A stretch of DNA of 54,733 nt, from the NCBI GenBank assembly GCA_038258095.1, contig JBBSQE010000001.1:1-54733 (forward strand), read 5' to 3'. The translations under genes and the position numbers were made by a program. A model generated the notes under the pieces. It had not been told where the DNA came from. It saw only the letters and a program-made list of their open reading frames with translations, and searched no databases. This document shows positions 33,790 through 42,090 of this stretch, piece after piece. Positions within the stretch are counted from its first letter, which is position 1. Each line of letters starts with the position of its first letter. The stretch is from Solirubrobacterales bacterium (lineage in GTDB: Bacteria; Actinomycetota; Thermoleophilia; Solirubrobacterales; 70-9).

Positions 33790-34542
33790 TCAGGAGGAAC
33801 CGACTATGAGCGAAGCTTCGTGGCGCTTGAAGATCAGCCGAAGCGGCATGGGCAGGCGGATGCCGTCGAGCCATGATTGCTCGATCGAACCACCTTCGCC
33901 GATGACCATGGCGTTGAGCTCATCCGGAGAGTAGTAGGAGACGACGGGCTGGCCCACGTTCGCCCAATAGCCCAGAACGCCGACCCTTCTGCTCGTGACG
34001 CGGCTCACGGTCCGCTTCAACCAGAAGACGGAATCCATGGCGAGACGTGGTCTGAAGACGGGCTCGACGATGATCAGGTGACCCTCCGGCTTCAGGAGCA
34101 TCAGCGAGTTCCCGATCGCCTCGCGGGCGTTGGCGCGTGATTCCCGCCGCGTGGAACCCACGAGGTGGTGCAAGACTGCGGCGACGACGACGAAGTCATA
34201 GCCACCGGCCAGTCCGGCGATGAAATCGCGGTCGAGAACAGAGCCGTGGAGGGTGTCACACTCGACGCGCTCTCGAGTCTTCACCAAGCAGCTCTCGCTC
34301 ACGTCCATCGCAGACAGACGCGTCATGTCGGCGGATCGCGAGATGAAATCGAGGGTGTTCCCGACGCCGCAACCGACGTCGATCAGGGTCGAGTCCGGCC
34401 GGGCGGATGTCGCCAGGAACTCAGCGACCCGGTCGAGTCGACCATCGCTGTACTCGGGAACGTGCGAGTCGAAGTAGCGAACCGTTTCGGCGTCACTCTG
34501 AGGCGGTATCACCACCTGCTTCTCAGCTTCAGGACCGGTCAT
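33790..34542 (-). CDS. Class I SAM-dependent methyltransferase
   Basis: Motif I LIDVGCGVGNTL, motif II SAMDVS and post-I acidic residues. 250 aa. Confidence 0.78.
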   Translation of the reverse strand: MTGPEAEKQVVIPPQSDAETVRYFDSHVPEYSDGRLDRVAEFLATSARPDSTLIDVGCGVGNTLDFISRSADMTRLSAMDVSESCLVKTRERVECDTLHGSVLDRDFIAGLAGGYDFVVVAAVLHHLVGSTRRESRANAREAIGNSLMLLKPEGHLIIVEPVFRPRLAMDSVFWLKRTVSRVTSRRVGVLGYWANVGQPVVSYYSPDELNAMVIGEGGSIEQSWLDGIRLPMPLRLIFKRHEASLIVGSS

Positions 34543-34560
34543 GTCTTCTCGTCGATTGTC

Positions 34561-35397
34561 TCACGCGCCTTGGGACAACGGGCGCTCGGCGAACACCCAC
34601 TTGTGCGGAAAGCTGGGGTCAGGCCAAGCGTCATAGCCCAGGGCTTCGAGTTGGGCGATGCACTCGGCTGCGGGGTAGTGGAAGGCAGGGTGCGCTTCCA
34701 CGCGTATCGAGCGGATCCGGTTCACCCAGTCGCCCCCCGCCGCGAAAACCCGCCGCTCCGTTCCTTCGATGGTCACGTGCATGTAGTCGATCTCGCCGTC
34801 AGGCATGTGCTCGGCCAGGATGGTGTCGATCGTCCGGGCTGAAATGACGACTGCATCGGCGCCGTCACTTTCCTCGCGGGATCTGACGGTGAAGCCGTGC
34901 TCTCCATGCACGCTGGTTCGCTCGACCACGAGGTCGGTATCAGCGTCCCATATCCCTGCCTGGACGACGGAGGCGCGATCGCCGTACCGAGCCACATTTT
35001 TCTGGGCCACGGCAACGTTGCCCGGGTCCGGCTCCACACCGAGAATCCTGGCATCTGGATACCGGTGGCCCAGCGCCGTCAGTGCCGCCCCCATATTCGA
35101 ACCTATCTCGAGGACCTGACGAAGATCCGGGCGATCGAATCGCGGCGGAGGCAGATAGAGGTCGGAGGAGTAGTAGTAGCTCGCGTTTCGCAGGTCGCTC
35201 GTACCCGGCCTGACCCAGAGCTTCGCACCCCCGAGGCCGCGCATGGCGACGGAGATTGCAGGAGCGCCACCGGTGCGCCGCCGGCTCCGCGTGATGACCT
35301 CCAGCACTCGAAATTTCCCCCGGAGACCGGCGCCGGCCTGCAATTGCAGTCGTAGGCTTCGCAGATACGTTGCTGCTCGCGCAAGTGACCGCTTCAT
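34561..35397 (-). CDS. FkbM-family methyltransferase
   Basis: ORF trimmed to the ATG at 35395-35397 (MKRSLAR...), forming an ATGA overlap with the wzx stop. Core VLEIGSNMGAALTALGHRYPDARILGVEPDPGNVAVAQKNV fits the FkbM pattern. Confidence 0.72.
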   Translation of the reverse strand: MKRSLARAATYLRSLRLQLQAGAGLRGKFRVLEVITRSRRRTGGAPAISVAMRGLGGAKLWVRPGTSDLRNASYYYSSDLYLPPPRFDRPDLRQVLEIGSNMGAALTALGHRYPDARILGVEPDPGNVAVAQKNVARYGDRASVVQAGIWDADTDLVVERTSVHGEHGFTVRSREESDGADAVVISARTIDTILAEHMPDGEIDYMHVTIEGTERRVFAAGGDWVNRIRSIRVEAHPAFHYPAAECIAQLEALGYDAWPDPSFPHKWVFAERPLSQGA

Positions 35398-36890
35398 CGG
35401 AAACCCATACGCCGGACGACCGCGATTCCCTGCCTGATCTCGTCGGTTGAGACCTCTCTTGTCAGCACGAGACCGACGGCGAACAGGGCCACTCCAGCGA
35501 CGAGACCGCCACACACCGCGACGAAGGAAAGCTTGCCGGTGCCGATAGCGAGAAGGGGCAGCGCCGCGAACCCCGCCGCAGCAAATGACCGGCAGGTGGT
35601 CGCGGCCAGAGGCCGCAGCGGTAGCCCGATCCTTCGTCGGAGGACCAGAAAGTGGCCGGGCACGTAGAGGGCGAAAGCGGCCCCGGTCCCGATGGCGCCC
35701 GCGATCGGGCCGATTCGGGGGATCAGGATGATGTCGATGACGACGTTCAGGGCCAGAGCTCCGAGAGCGAGGGGGATCCGGCGTCGCGCTTCGCCCAGGT
35801 AGTTGACGGCCAGGGTCACGACGGAGGCGAGGCCCGCAAGAAACACATACGGAGACAGGGCACGGAGGACGGCGGCTGATTCGCCGTACCCCGTTCCGAG
35901 AGCGAGATTGGCGATCGGCGTCGCCCAGACGAGAATCACGACAGCCGCGAAGCATTGGCACATCAGGAGCCATCGCATCGCCGCCTGGAACACCTCGATT
36001 CGAACCGGTTCTCCGGGCCGGCCGGCAAGCCGGGGAGTGTAGCCGCTCGCGACGGCGTTCCCGAGGTACATAAGCAGGATCGTCAGGCGCATGGGCGCCT
36101 CGAAGATCCCGGCGTCATCTGAGCCGAGGTACCCACCGATGAGGAGAACGTCGACCCGCGAGAAGAGTGTCATGACGCCGTCGATAACGAGCAGCGCAAC
36201 TGCATACCCTGCGATCAGCCGTGAGTAGGACGCGACCGAGCGCTTGCTGGGCTCGGTGGGAGGACGGACCGCGCGAAAGATCAAGATCATGGAAAGAAAG
36301 GCCGCAACTCCGTACCCGGTGGCACGACCTGCCGTCGCACCTGCCACCCCGGCCCCGGCCGCCACGAGGCCGATCGAGGTCACCGTCTCGGAGAAGCTCT
36401 CACCGAACGACAGAAGCAGCGTCACCTCGTTTCGCGACATCGCTTCGAAATAGGCGAGCGCAAGGAACATGATGCTCTGAAAGAAGACGGCGAGCGCCAC
36501 GAAACGCAGGGGGGTCTCGAGTCCCGGGATGCCGTAGGCCCCGGCGATCGGCCCGGCGAGAGCGAGCAGGGCGACCGACATGATCCCTCCGGCAACGAGC
36601 TTGAGCCGGAAGGTCGTGACGACGAAACGGTGAAGCTCCGCATGATCTTCCCTGTGCTCGGCTATGAACCGTGCGGCCGCCTGCGCCAGGCCCGCATCGG
36701 ACAGGAGGACAACGATCGCGCCGACACTCGTGGCCAATGCGTAGATCCCGTAGTCATCAGGACCGAGCTTCCGCACCAGGTACAAAGTCAGAATCGCCGT
36801 GAACGCGGCTCCGATCAACTGGTAGGCGAGGGAGAACGCGGCGCTTCGGGTTTGCAGGCGAGTCGTGGAATCCGGTTCAACCTGAGACAT
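35394..36890 (-). CDS. wzx: Wzx-type oligosaccharide flippase (MOP superfamily polysaccharide biosynthesis protein)
   Basis: ORF trimmed to the ATG at 36888-36890 (MSQVEPD...). About 12-14 TM segments. N-terminal LVRKLGPDDYGIYALATSV is typical of the Polysacc_synt family. Confidence 0.8.
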   Translation of the reverse strand: MSQVEPDSTTRLQTRSAAFSLAYQLIGAAFTAILTLYLVRKLGPDDYGIYALATSVGAIVVLLSDAGLAQAAARFIAEHREDHAELHRFVVTTFRLKLVAGGIMSVALLALAGPIAGAYGIPGLETPLRFVALAVFFQSIMFLALAYFEAMSRNEVTLLLSFGESFSETVTSIGLVAAGAGVAGATAGRATGYGVAAFLSMILIFRAVRPPTEPSKRSVASYSRLIAGYAVALLVIDGVMTLFSRVDVLLIGGYLGSDDAGIFEAPMRLTILLMYLGNAVASGYTPRLAGRPGEPVRIEVFQAAMRWLLMCQCFAAVVILVWATPIANLALGTGYGESAAVLRALSPYVFLAGLASVVTLAVNYLGEARRRIPLALGALALNVVIDIILIPRIGPIAGAIGTGAAFALYVPGHFLVLRRRIGLPLRPLAATTCRSFAAAGFAALPLLAIGTGKLSFVAVCGGLVAGVALFAVGLVLTREVSTDEIRQGIAVVRRMGFR

Positions 36891-38082
36891 CGCGAAGCAC
36901 CCTCTCCAAGATGGGGACCTGGCGCTCCCGCAGGTGGTCGCGCGCGAAAATGACTGCCCGCTCGGCACGGGTCTCCGCGCGCCGGCGATCGCCTTCGATG
37001 CTCCGGATCGCCCCCGCTAGGGACTCCGCGTCACCTGGCGTCGCGATGGTCGCCATATCCTTCTCGAGCGCGATCCTCGCCGCTTCGCCCGGCGTCGAGA
37101 CGATCATCGGCGTGTTGACGGCCGCGTAGTCATAGAGCTTGATCGGAATCGTCTTGCCCAGCGCGGGATTGTCGGCGAGGCTGACGAGGAGCGCACTCGA
37201 GGCCCGAAGGTAGGGAAGGATCTGTTCGGGGGTCATCGGGTCGAGGAAGGTAACCCGGCCCGGACCAAGATCCGCTGCCACGCGTTCCAGGCCCGGCCGC
37301 CCGGCACCGTCCCCGATGACGAGGAGGTTATGTCCGGGGCCGGCTGACCGGATCGCGTCGATTGCGACCTCGACGCCTTGGGAGAGTCCGACGTTTCCGG
37401 CATAGGTGAGGAGAAATCCGGGTGGCAGCCCGAGCCCCTCGGGAGTCGAAGCGATCGATGCTCCGCCAAGCCAGAGCTCGGACGTCCCGTTCGGGAGGAG
37501 ATGGACTCCGGGGCGGTCGCGGATCTCGAGGACATGCCTCCGGAACGGCTCCGTGACGGTGGTGACCGCCGCGGCGTCACGATAAAGCCAGCGCTCTCCC
37601 CTTGCCGCCGCGGCCAGCACCCGGCGGCTCTGCACCCGACCGACCGCCCCGGCGACTTCGGGCCAGAGGTCGCGAACATCGAGGACCCACGGGACCGAGA
37701 AGCGCCTGGCGAGCAATGCGCCGACCGCCCCGACAGTCAGCGGCGGCGAGGAAGCGACGATCACGTCGGGCCGCTTGCGCCGGACGCCCTGGATGCTCGC
37801 CATCGCGGCATATGTGCCATAGGAGCCGAGGCGGGTGAGGGTGCTCTTCGACGGACGGGCATAAGTCCAGACGTAGTTGACCTCCACGCCGTCCAGACGG
37901 CGCCGCTCGACCGTATGTCCTCCGAACCCTTCGTACACGATTCCGGCAGGATGGCTGGGTACCTCGCATACGACATCGACATCGTGCCCCAGCGCGGCCA
38001 AGCCGCCGGCGAACGGCTCGAGCCGGAGCGCAGCCGCGGTCAGCTCAGGACTGAAGTACTGGGTCGCAAGGAGCACGCGCAT
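36877..38082 (-). CDS. Glycosyltransferase family 4 (WcaI-like)
   Basis: MRVLLATQYFSPELTAAALRLEPFAGGLAALGHDV is the WcaI-type N-terminus. GT-B C-terminal domain. 401 aa. Confidence 0.78.
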   Translation of the reverse strand: MRVLLATQYFSPELTAAALRLEPFAGGLAALGHDVDVVCEVPSHPAGIVYEGFGGHTVERRRLDGVEVNYVWTYARPSKSTLTRLGSYGTYAAMASIQGVRRKRPDVIVASSPPLTVGAVGALLARRFSVPWVLDVRDLWPEVAGAVGRVQSRRVLAAAARGERWLYRDAAAVTTVTEPFRRHVLEIRDRPGVHLLPNGTSELWLGGASIASTPEGLGLPPGFLLTYAGNVGLSQGVEVAIDAIRSAGPGHNLLVIGDGAGRPGLERVAADLGPGRVTFLDPMTPEQILPYLRASSALLVSLADNPALGKTIPIKLYDYAAVNTPMIVSTPGEAARIALEKDMATIATPGDAESLAGAIRSIEGDRRRAETRAERAVIFARDHLRERQVPILERVLRDVSG

Positions 38083-38129
38083 GGGGACTCACCGCCGGCA
38101 AGACGAGTGTGCATCCCGGTGCGGCCTCA

Positions 38130-38846
38130 TCACTGGATGAGATCTGGGCCGAATCGGCTGGCATTCTCGGTGAGAAAGGTGACTGCGCGGTCGTATTCCG
38201 CTGGGGTACCGATATCGAACCAGGCACCCTCGAAGGGATATGCGCCGACCGGCCGACCGGCCGCGATCAGCCTCAAGACCACGTCGGGGAAGTCGAACCG
38301 CCCGTCGGGTATCGCCTCAACGGCGACCGGTGAGTAGACATAGACGCCCATGCTGACTTCGTAGTGGAGGGTGGGCTTCTCGACGTAGCCGGTGACGATC
38401 TCGCCCGATCCCTCGATGACCCCCAGCGAGAGCCCGACGTCTTTGCGGTGCGTGGCGATCGTCAGGGCGACCCCACGCTCCTCGTGCCGGGCAATCAGGG
38501 CTGCGTAGTCAAGGTCCGTGAGGATGTCCCCGTTCATGACGAGGACGGATTCCTCGACCTTCGGGATCTGGCGAAGGGCGCCAGCCGTGCCGAGCGGCTC
38601 GGACTCCCAGTGGTAGCGGAGCTCGACCCCATCGGGGACGACATCGCTTTCGTCGAAGTACGCACGAATAAGCCCACCGAGATGCCCGACGGAGACGTCG
38701 ATCTCCGTAAAGCCGGCGGTGGCCAGTTGCTGGAGGATCAACGCGAGGATCGGCCGGTCTCCGAGCGGGAGCAGGGGCTTCGGTAGCACCGTCGTGTACG
38801 GACGCAGTCGCGTCCCCTTTCCTCCGGCGAGGATCACCGCGCGCAT
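38130..38846 (-). CDS. Sugar-1-phosphate nucleotidyltransferase
   Basis: N-terminal ILAGGKGTRLRPYT...PKPLLP signature and central GTAGAL. 238 aa. Sugar and nucleotide specificity cannot be read from the sequence. Confidence 0.82.
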   Translation of the reverse strand: MRAVILAGGKGTRLRPYTTVLPKPLLPLGDRPILALILQQLATAGFTEIDVSVGHLGGLIRAYFDESDVVPDGVELRYHWESEPLGTAGALRQIPKVEESVLVMNGDILTDLDYAALIARHEERGVALTIATHRKDVGLSLGVIEGSGEIVTGYVEKPTLHYEVSMGVYVYSPVAVEAIPDGRFDFPDVVLRLIAAGRPVGAYPFEGAWFDIGTPAEYDRAVTFLTENASRFGPDLIQ

Positions 38847-39889
38847 CAGTCAGCCCCGCCGTCCGCTGCTTTACCTCCGTTGTCCTCGCCGGGGATCGTA
38901 TGGCTCGAGTAGAAGCGCTCGCGCTCCTCGACATCGGGGAAAGCCCCATCGCGGATGGCCGTCACCAGGTTGCCGACCGAGGCGGGCACCCGGAACTCCG
39001 GCTCGAACCCGAGACGATCGCGGATCTTGTCGAAGTTGACCCGATAGTTACGAGGGTCCACACCACCCTCGTGGAAGCTCAGCTTCCCGGCTCCACCCAG
39101 ATGTTCCTGGACAGCCTCGACCACCATTCGCTTCGTGTAGTTCTCGTCCGAGTGGCCGACGTTGAACACCTCACCCCTGACGCTGTCCGCGGGTGCGTCG
39201 AGCGCCGTGATGATTGCGCCGGAGATGTCGTGTACGTGGCAATACGGCCGCCACGTGTCAGCGTCGTAGACCAGCAACTCCCGGCCGGTCGTCAAGGTAC
39301 GCGTGAACTCGGAGATCGTCAGATCGAATCGCATCCGTGGAGATAGGCCGTAGGCCGTCGAGATCCGGAGAATCGTCGGGCAGAAGTCGATCCCCGGCCC
39401 CTCCGAGAGGATGAACTTCTCGAACTCGACCTTTGTCTCGGCGTACAGCGACGCCGGTGCCAGGTCGGACTCCTCCGTAGCAGGATCATCGCTGCCTCTG
39501 AGGCCGTAGTTCGAACACGTGGACGTGAAGACGAAGCGATTGATTCCGCGTCCATCGAGAGCGCTGAAGACTTCCTGGGCCCCTTCGACATTGACCGACC
39601 GGGTCAGCTCCGGGTAACGCTTGGAGACGGGATCGCCGACCAGTGCTGCGAGGTGCACGACGTCGGTGACACCCTCGAGCGAACGCTCGAGATCTGCCTC
39701 ATCGCGGAGATCTCCGTGGACGAACGAGAAGCCGGGCTCCTCCCAGACACCGGCGATCGCTTGTCCGTGCTCATATAGAAGAGCGTCCAGAACCCGGACG
39801 TCATGCCCGTTGCCCAGCAGCCGGCGCACCAGGACGTTGCCGATGTACCCGGCGCCCCCGATCACCAGGATCCGTCTCTTTTCCGTCAT
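38846..39889 (-). CDS. NAD-dependent epimerase/dehydratase (extended SDR)
   Basis: VIGGAGYIGNVL Rossmann motif and catalytic YAETK. First gene of the minus-strand glycan operon, with GAGGGG 6 nt upstream of the ATG. Confidence 0.82.
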   Translation of the reverse strand: MTEKRRILVIGGAGYIGNVLVRRLLGNGHDVRVLDALLYEHGQAIAGVWEEPGFSFVHGDLRDEADLERSLEGVTDVVHLAALVGDPVSKRYPELTRSVNVEGAQEVFSALDGRGINRFVFTSTCSNYGLRGSDDPATEESDLAPASLYAETKVEFEKFILSEGPGIDFCPTILRISTAYGLSPRMRFDLTISEFTRTLTTGRELLVYDADTWRPYCHVHDISGAIITALDAPADSVRGEVFNVGHSDENYTKRMVVEAVQEHLGGAGKLSFHEGGVDPRNYRVNFDKIRDRLGFEPEFRVPASVGNLVTAIRDGAFPDVEERERFYSSHTIPGEDNGGKAADGGAD

Positions 39890-40035
39890 CGACCGCCCCT
39901 CGGTGTGGTTGTTTGCATTCTGCCGTTCGCCGGGCGGCCTCGATTCCCTCTCAGGCCCACCTTCGTCGGACCGCCCACCCTGGGCGATCGAGGCTCGTAT
40001 CGACAGGCTGCCAACGCTGGATTAGCAGGGTGCTC

Positions 40036-41211
40036 TCAGCGGCTCAGGGCTGAGCGAATCTCCGTCACACAACGTTCGATCTCAGCCGCAGTGATGTTGA
40101 GGGGAGGCAGCAGGCGGAGCGTGTGGGCATCCGGGGCATTGACCACCAGCCCCGCCTCGAGGAGATCGGCGCAGGTGGAAGCTGCATCGCGGCCTTCCTC
40201 GATGGAGACACCGAGCATCAGTCCGCGACCCCTGACCTCGCGGACCCCGGAAAGCTCTTCGAGTGAAGCCCGCAGCTGTGCGCTCCGCTCGCGGACCTGG
40301 CCAAGGAGGGCCTGGTCATCCACGACCCCGAGAACCGCCAGGGCCGTCGTGGCGACCAACGGTCCTCCGGCGAAGGTCGACCCGTGGTCGCCCGGCCCGA
40401 GGACCTCCCCGGCCTCCGGCGTCGTGATGCAGGCGCCGATCGGCAGCCCGCCGCCGAGCGCCTTGGCGCTCGTCATCACATCCGGGACGACCGGCGTCTG
40501 TTCATAGGCCCAGAGAGAGCCGGTCCGCCCCATCCCGGTCTGGATCTCGTCGAGGATCAGGAGGGCGCCGGTACGGTCGCAGGCCTCGCGGGCGGCAAGG
40601 AGCACCTCGTCGGGCACCGGATAGACGCCCGCCTCGCCCTGGATCGGCTCGATCAGGACGGCCGCGGTCCGGTCCCCGACTGCGTCGGTGATCGCCTCCG
40701 CGGTGATCGGAACCGAGCGGAAGCCCGGCAGCATCGGCGCGAAGTCCGGGTTGGCGGCGAGGGCCGGCGTCGCCGACAGTGCGCCGTATGTGCGACCGTG
40801 GAAGTCACGATCGAAGCTGATGATCTCCGGTGCGTCGATGCCGCGGGCGCGTGCGTGCTTGCGGGCGATCTTGATCGCGCACTCGTTCGCCTCCGTTCCG
40901 GAATTCGTGAAGAAGACCCGGCCGCCGAGGCTCGACTCGGAGAGGCGCTCGGCGAGCCGCACCATCGGTTCCGAGTAGAAGAGGTTCGAGACGTGCATCA
41001 GCTCGCGGGCCTGCTCGCGCACCGCCTCGACGACCGCCGGGTGGCAGTGGCCGATCGAGCAAACCGAGATGCCGCCGAGGAAGTCGAGGTACTCCTTGCC
41101 CTCGGCGTCCCACAGCCGGGAGCCCTCGCCGCGGACGAACTGCACCGGCGCCCGTTTGTAGGTCTGCATCACGTAACGCTCCTCGCGAGCGCTCAGGTCA
41201 TTCAGCTCCAT
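40036..41211 (-). CDS. argD: Acetylornithine aminotransferase
   Basis: Class III PLP aminotransferase: FTNSGTEANE, LILDEIQTGMGRTG and the PLP Lys region DVMTSAKALGGG. Lies in the argCJBD context. Confidence 0.92.
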   Translation of the reverse strand: MELNDLSAREERYVMQTYKRAPVQFVRGEGSRLWDAEGKEYLDFLGGISVCSIGHCHPAVVEAVREQARELMHVSNLFYSEPMVRLAERLSESSLGGRVFFTNSGTEANECAIKIARKHARARGIDAPEIISFDRDFHGRTYGALSATPALAANPDFAPMLPGFRSVPITAEAITDAVGDRTAAVLIEPIQGEAGVYPVPDEVLLAAREACDRTGALLILDEIQTGMGRTGSLWAYEQTPVVPDVMTSAKALGGGLPIGACITTPEAGEVLGPGDHGSTFAGGPLVATTALAVLGVVDDQALLGQVRERSAQLRASLEELSGVREVRGRGLMLGVSIEEGRDAASTCADLLEAGLVVNAPDAHTLRLLPPLNITAAEIERCVTEIRSALSR

Positions 41212-42088
41212 GGCGGTCCGGGGCGATCATTGTCCCGATCCCCTCGTTCGTGAACAGCTCCAGCAGGAGTGAGTGCGGACGCCTGCCGTCGATGATGTGC
41301 GCAAATCGGGTCCCCCCGTTGACGGCATCGAGACAGGCCTGGAGCTTCGGCCGCATGCCGCCCGATATCGAGGGCAGCGCCTCCTCGACCTCCCCGACCC
41401 CGGCCTTCGAGATGACCGAATCCTCGTCCCCGGGGTGAGCGAGCCAGCCGACCACGTCGGTCAGGAAAACGGCCTTGTAGGCGCCCATCGCGGCGGCGAC
41501 CTTGCCCGCCACCTCGTCGGCATTGACGTTGTAGGCGTTGCCCTCCCGATCCGAGGCCGCGGCGGCGATCACCGGGATGTAGTCGGCAGCGATGTGGTTG
41601 AGCACGTCGACGTCCACCCGCCGGATCCGGCCGACCCAGCCGACCTCATCCCTGTTCGCGACGGGCATGACGTCGAGCAGCCGGCCGTCCTCACCGGAGA
41701 GTCCGACGGCCGGCTGGCCGTGGCGGTTCAGCCGGAGGACGATGTCGGAGTTGACCTTTCCGAGCAGCACCATCTTCGCGACCTCGACCGTCTCGGCGTC
41801 GGATACGCGGAGCCCCTCGTGGAAGCGCACTTCCATGTCGAGGCGCTCCATGTAGTCGGTGATCGCCGGCCCCCCGCCGTGGACGATGATCGGGTTCAGC
41901 CCGACGTACTTGAGCAGAACCACGTCGGTCGCGAAGTCCTCGCGCAACGCCTCGTCTGCCATCGCAGCCCCGCCGTACTTGATGACGACAGTGCGGCCGT
42001 GGAACTCCTTGATGTAGGGCAGGGCCTCGAGGAGAGTCTCGATCGACTCCGCTTCGTGCGGCTGCCTCTCGTCGGGTCCGGGGCTCAT
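41198..42088 (-). CDS. argB: Acetylglutamate kinase
   Basis: VVIKYGGAAM, PIIVHGGGP and NVNADEVAG motifs of amino-acid kinase/NAGK. Confidence 0.93.
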   Translation of the reverse strand: MSPGPDERQPHEAESIETLLEALPYIKEFHGRTVVIKYGGAAMADEALREDFATDVVLLKYVGLNPIIVHGGGPAITDYMERLDMEVRFHEGLRVSDAETVEVAKMVLLGKVNSDIVLRLNRHGQPAVGLSGEDGRLLDVMPVANRDEVGWVGRIRRVDVDVLNHIAADYIPVIAAAASDREGNAYNVNADEVAGKVAAAMGAYKAVFLTDVVGWLAHPGDEDSVISKAGVGEVEEALPSISGGMRPKLQACLDAVNGGTRFAHIIDGRRPHSLLLELFTNEGIGTMIAPDRHGAE

Positions 42089-42090
42089 CG

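Noticed and set aside
19096-39889. The glycan cluster considered as a mobile genomic island, and the cassette at 49155..53695 as a mobile insertion.
   Set aside because: No integrase, transposase, tRNA attachment site, or flanking direct or inverted repeats could be found at either set of borders. It is described only as a synteny break, not as a mobile element.
39890-40035. The 146-bp gap between argD and the first glycan gene, searched for a terminator and promoter.
   Set aside because: There are only imperfect GC stems without a U-tract and no convincing -35/-10 pair. Apart from the GAGGGG SD before 39889, nothing could be supported.
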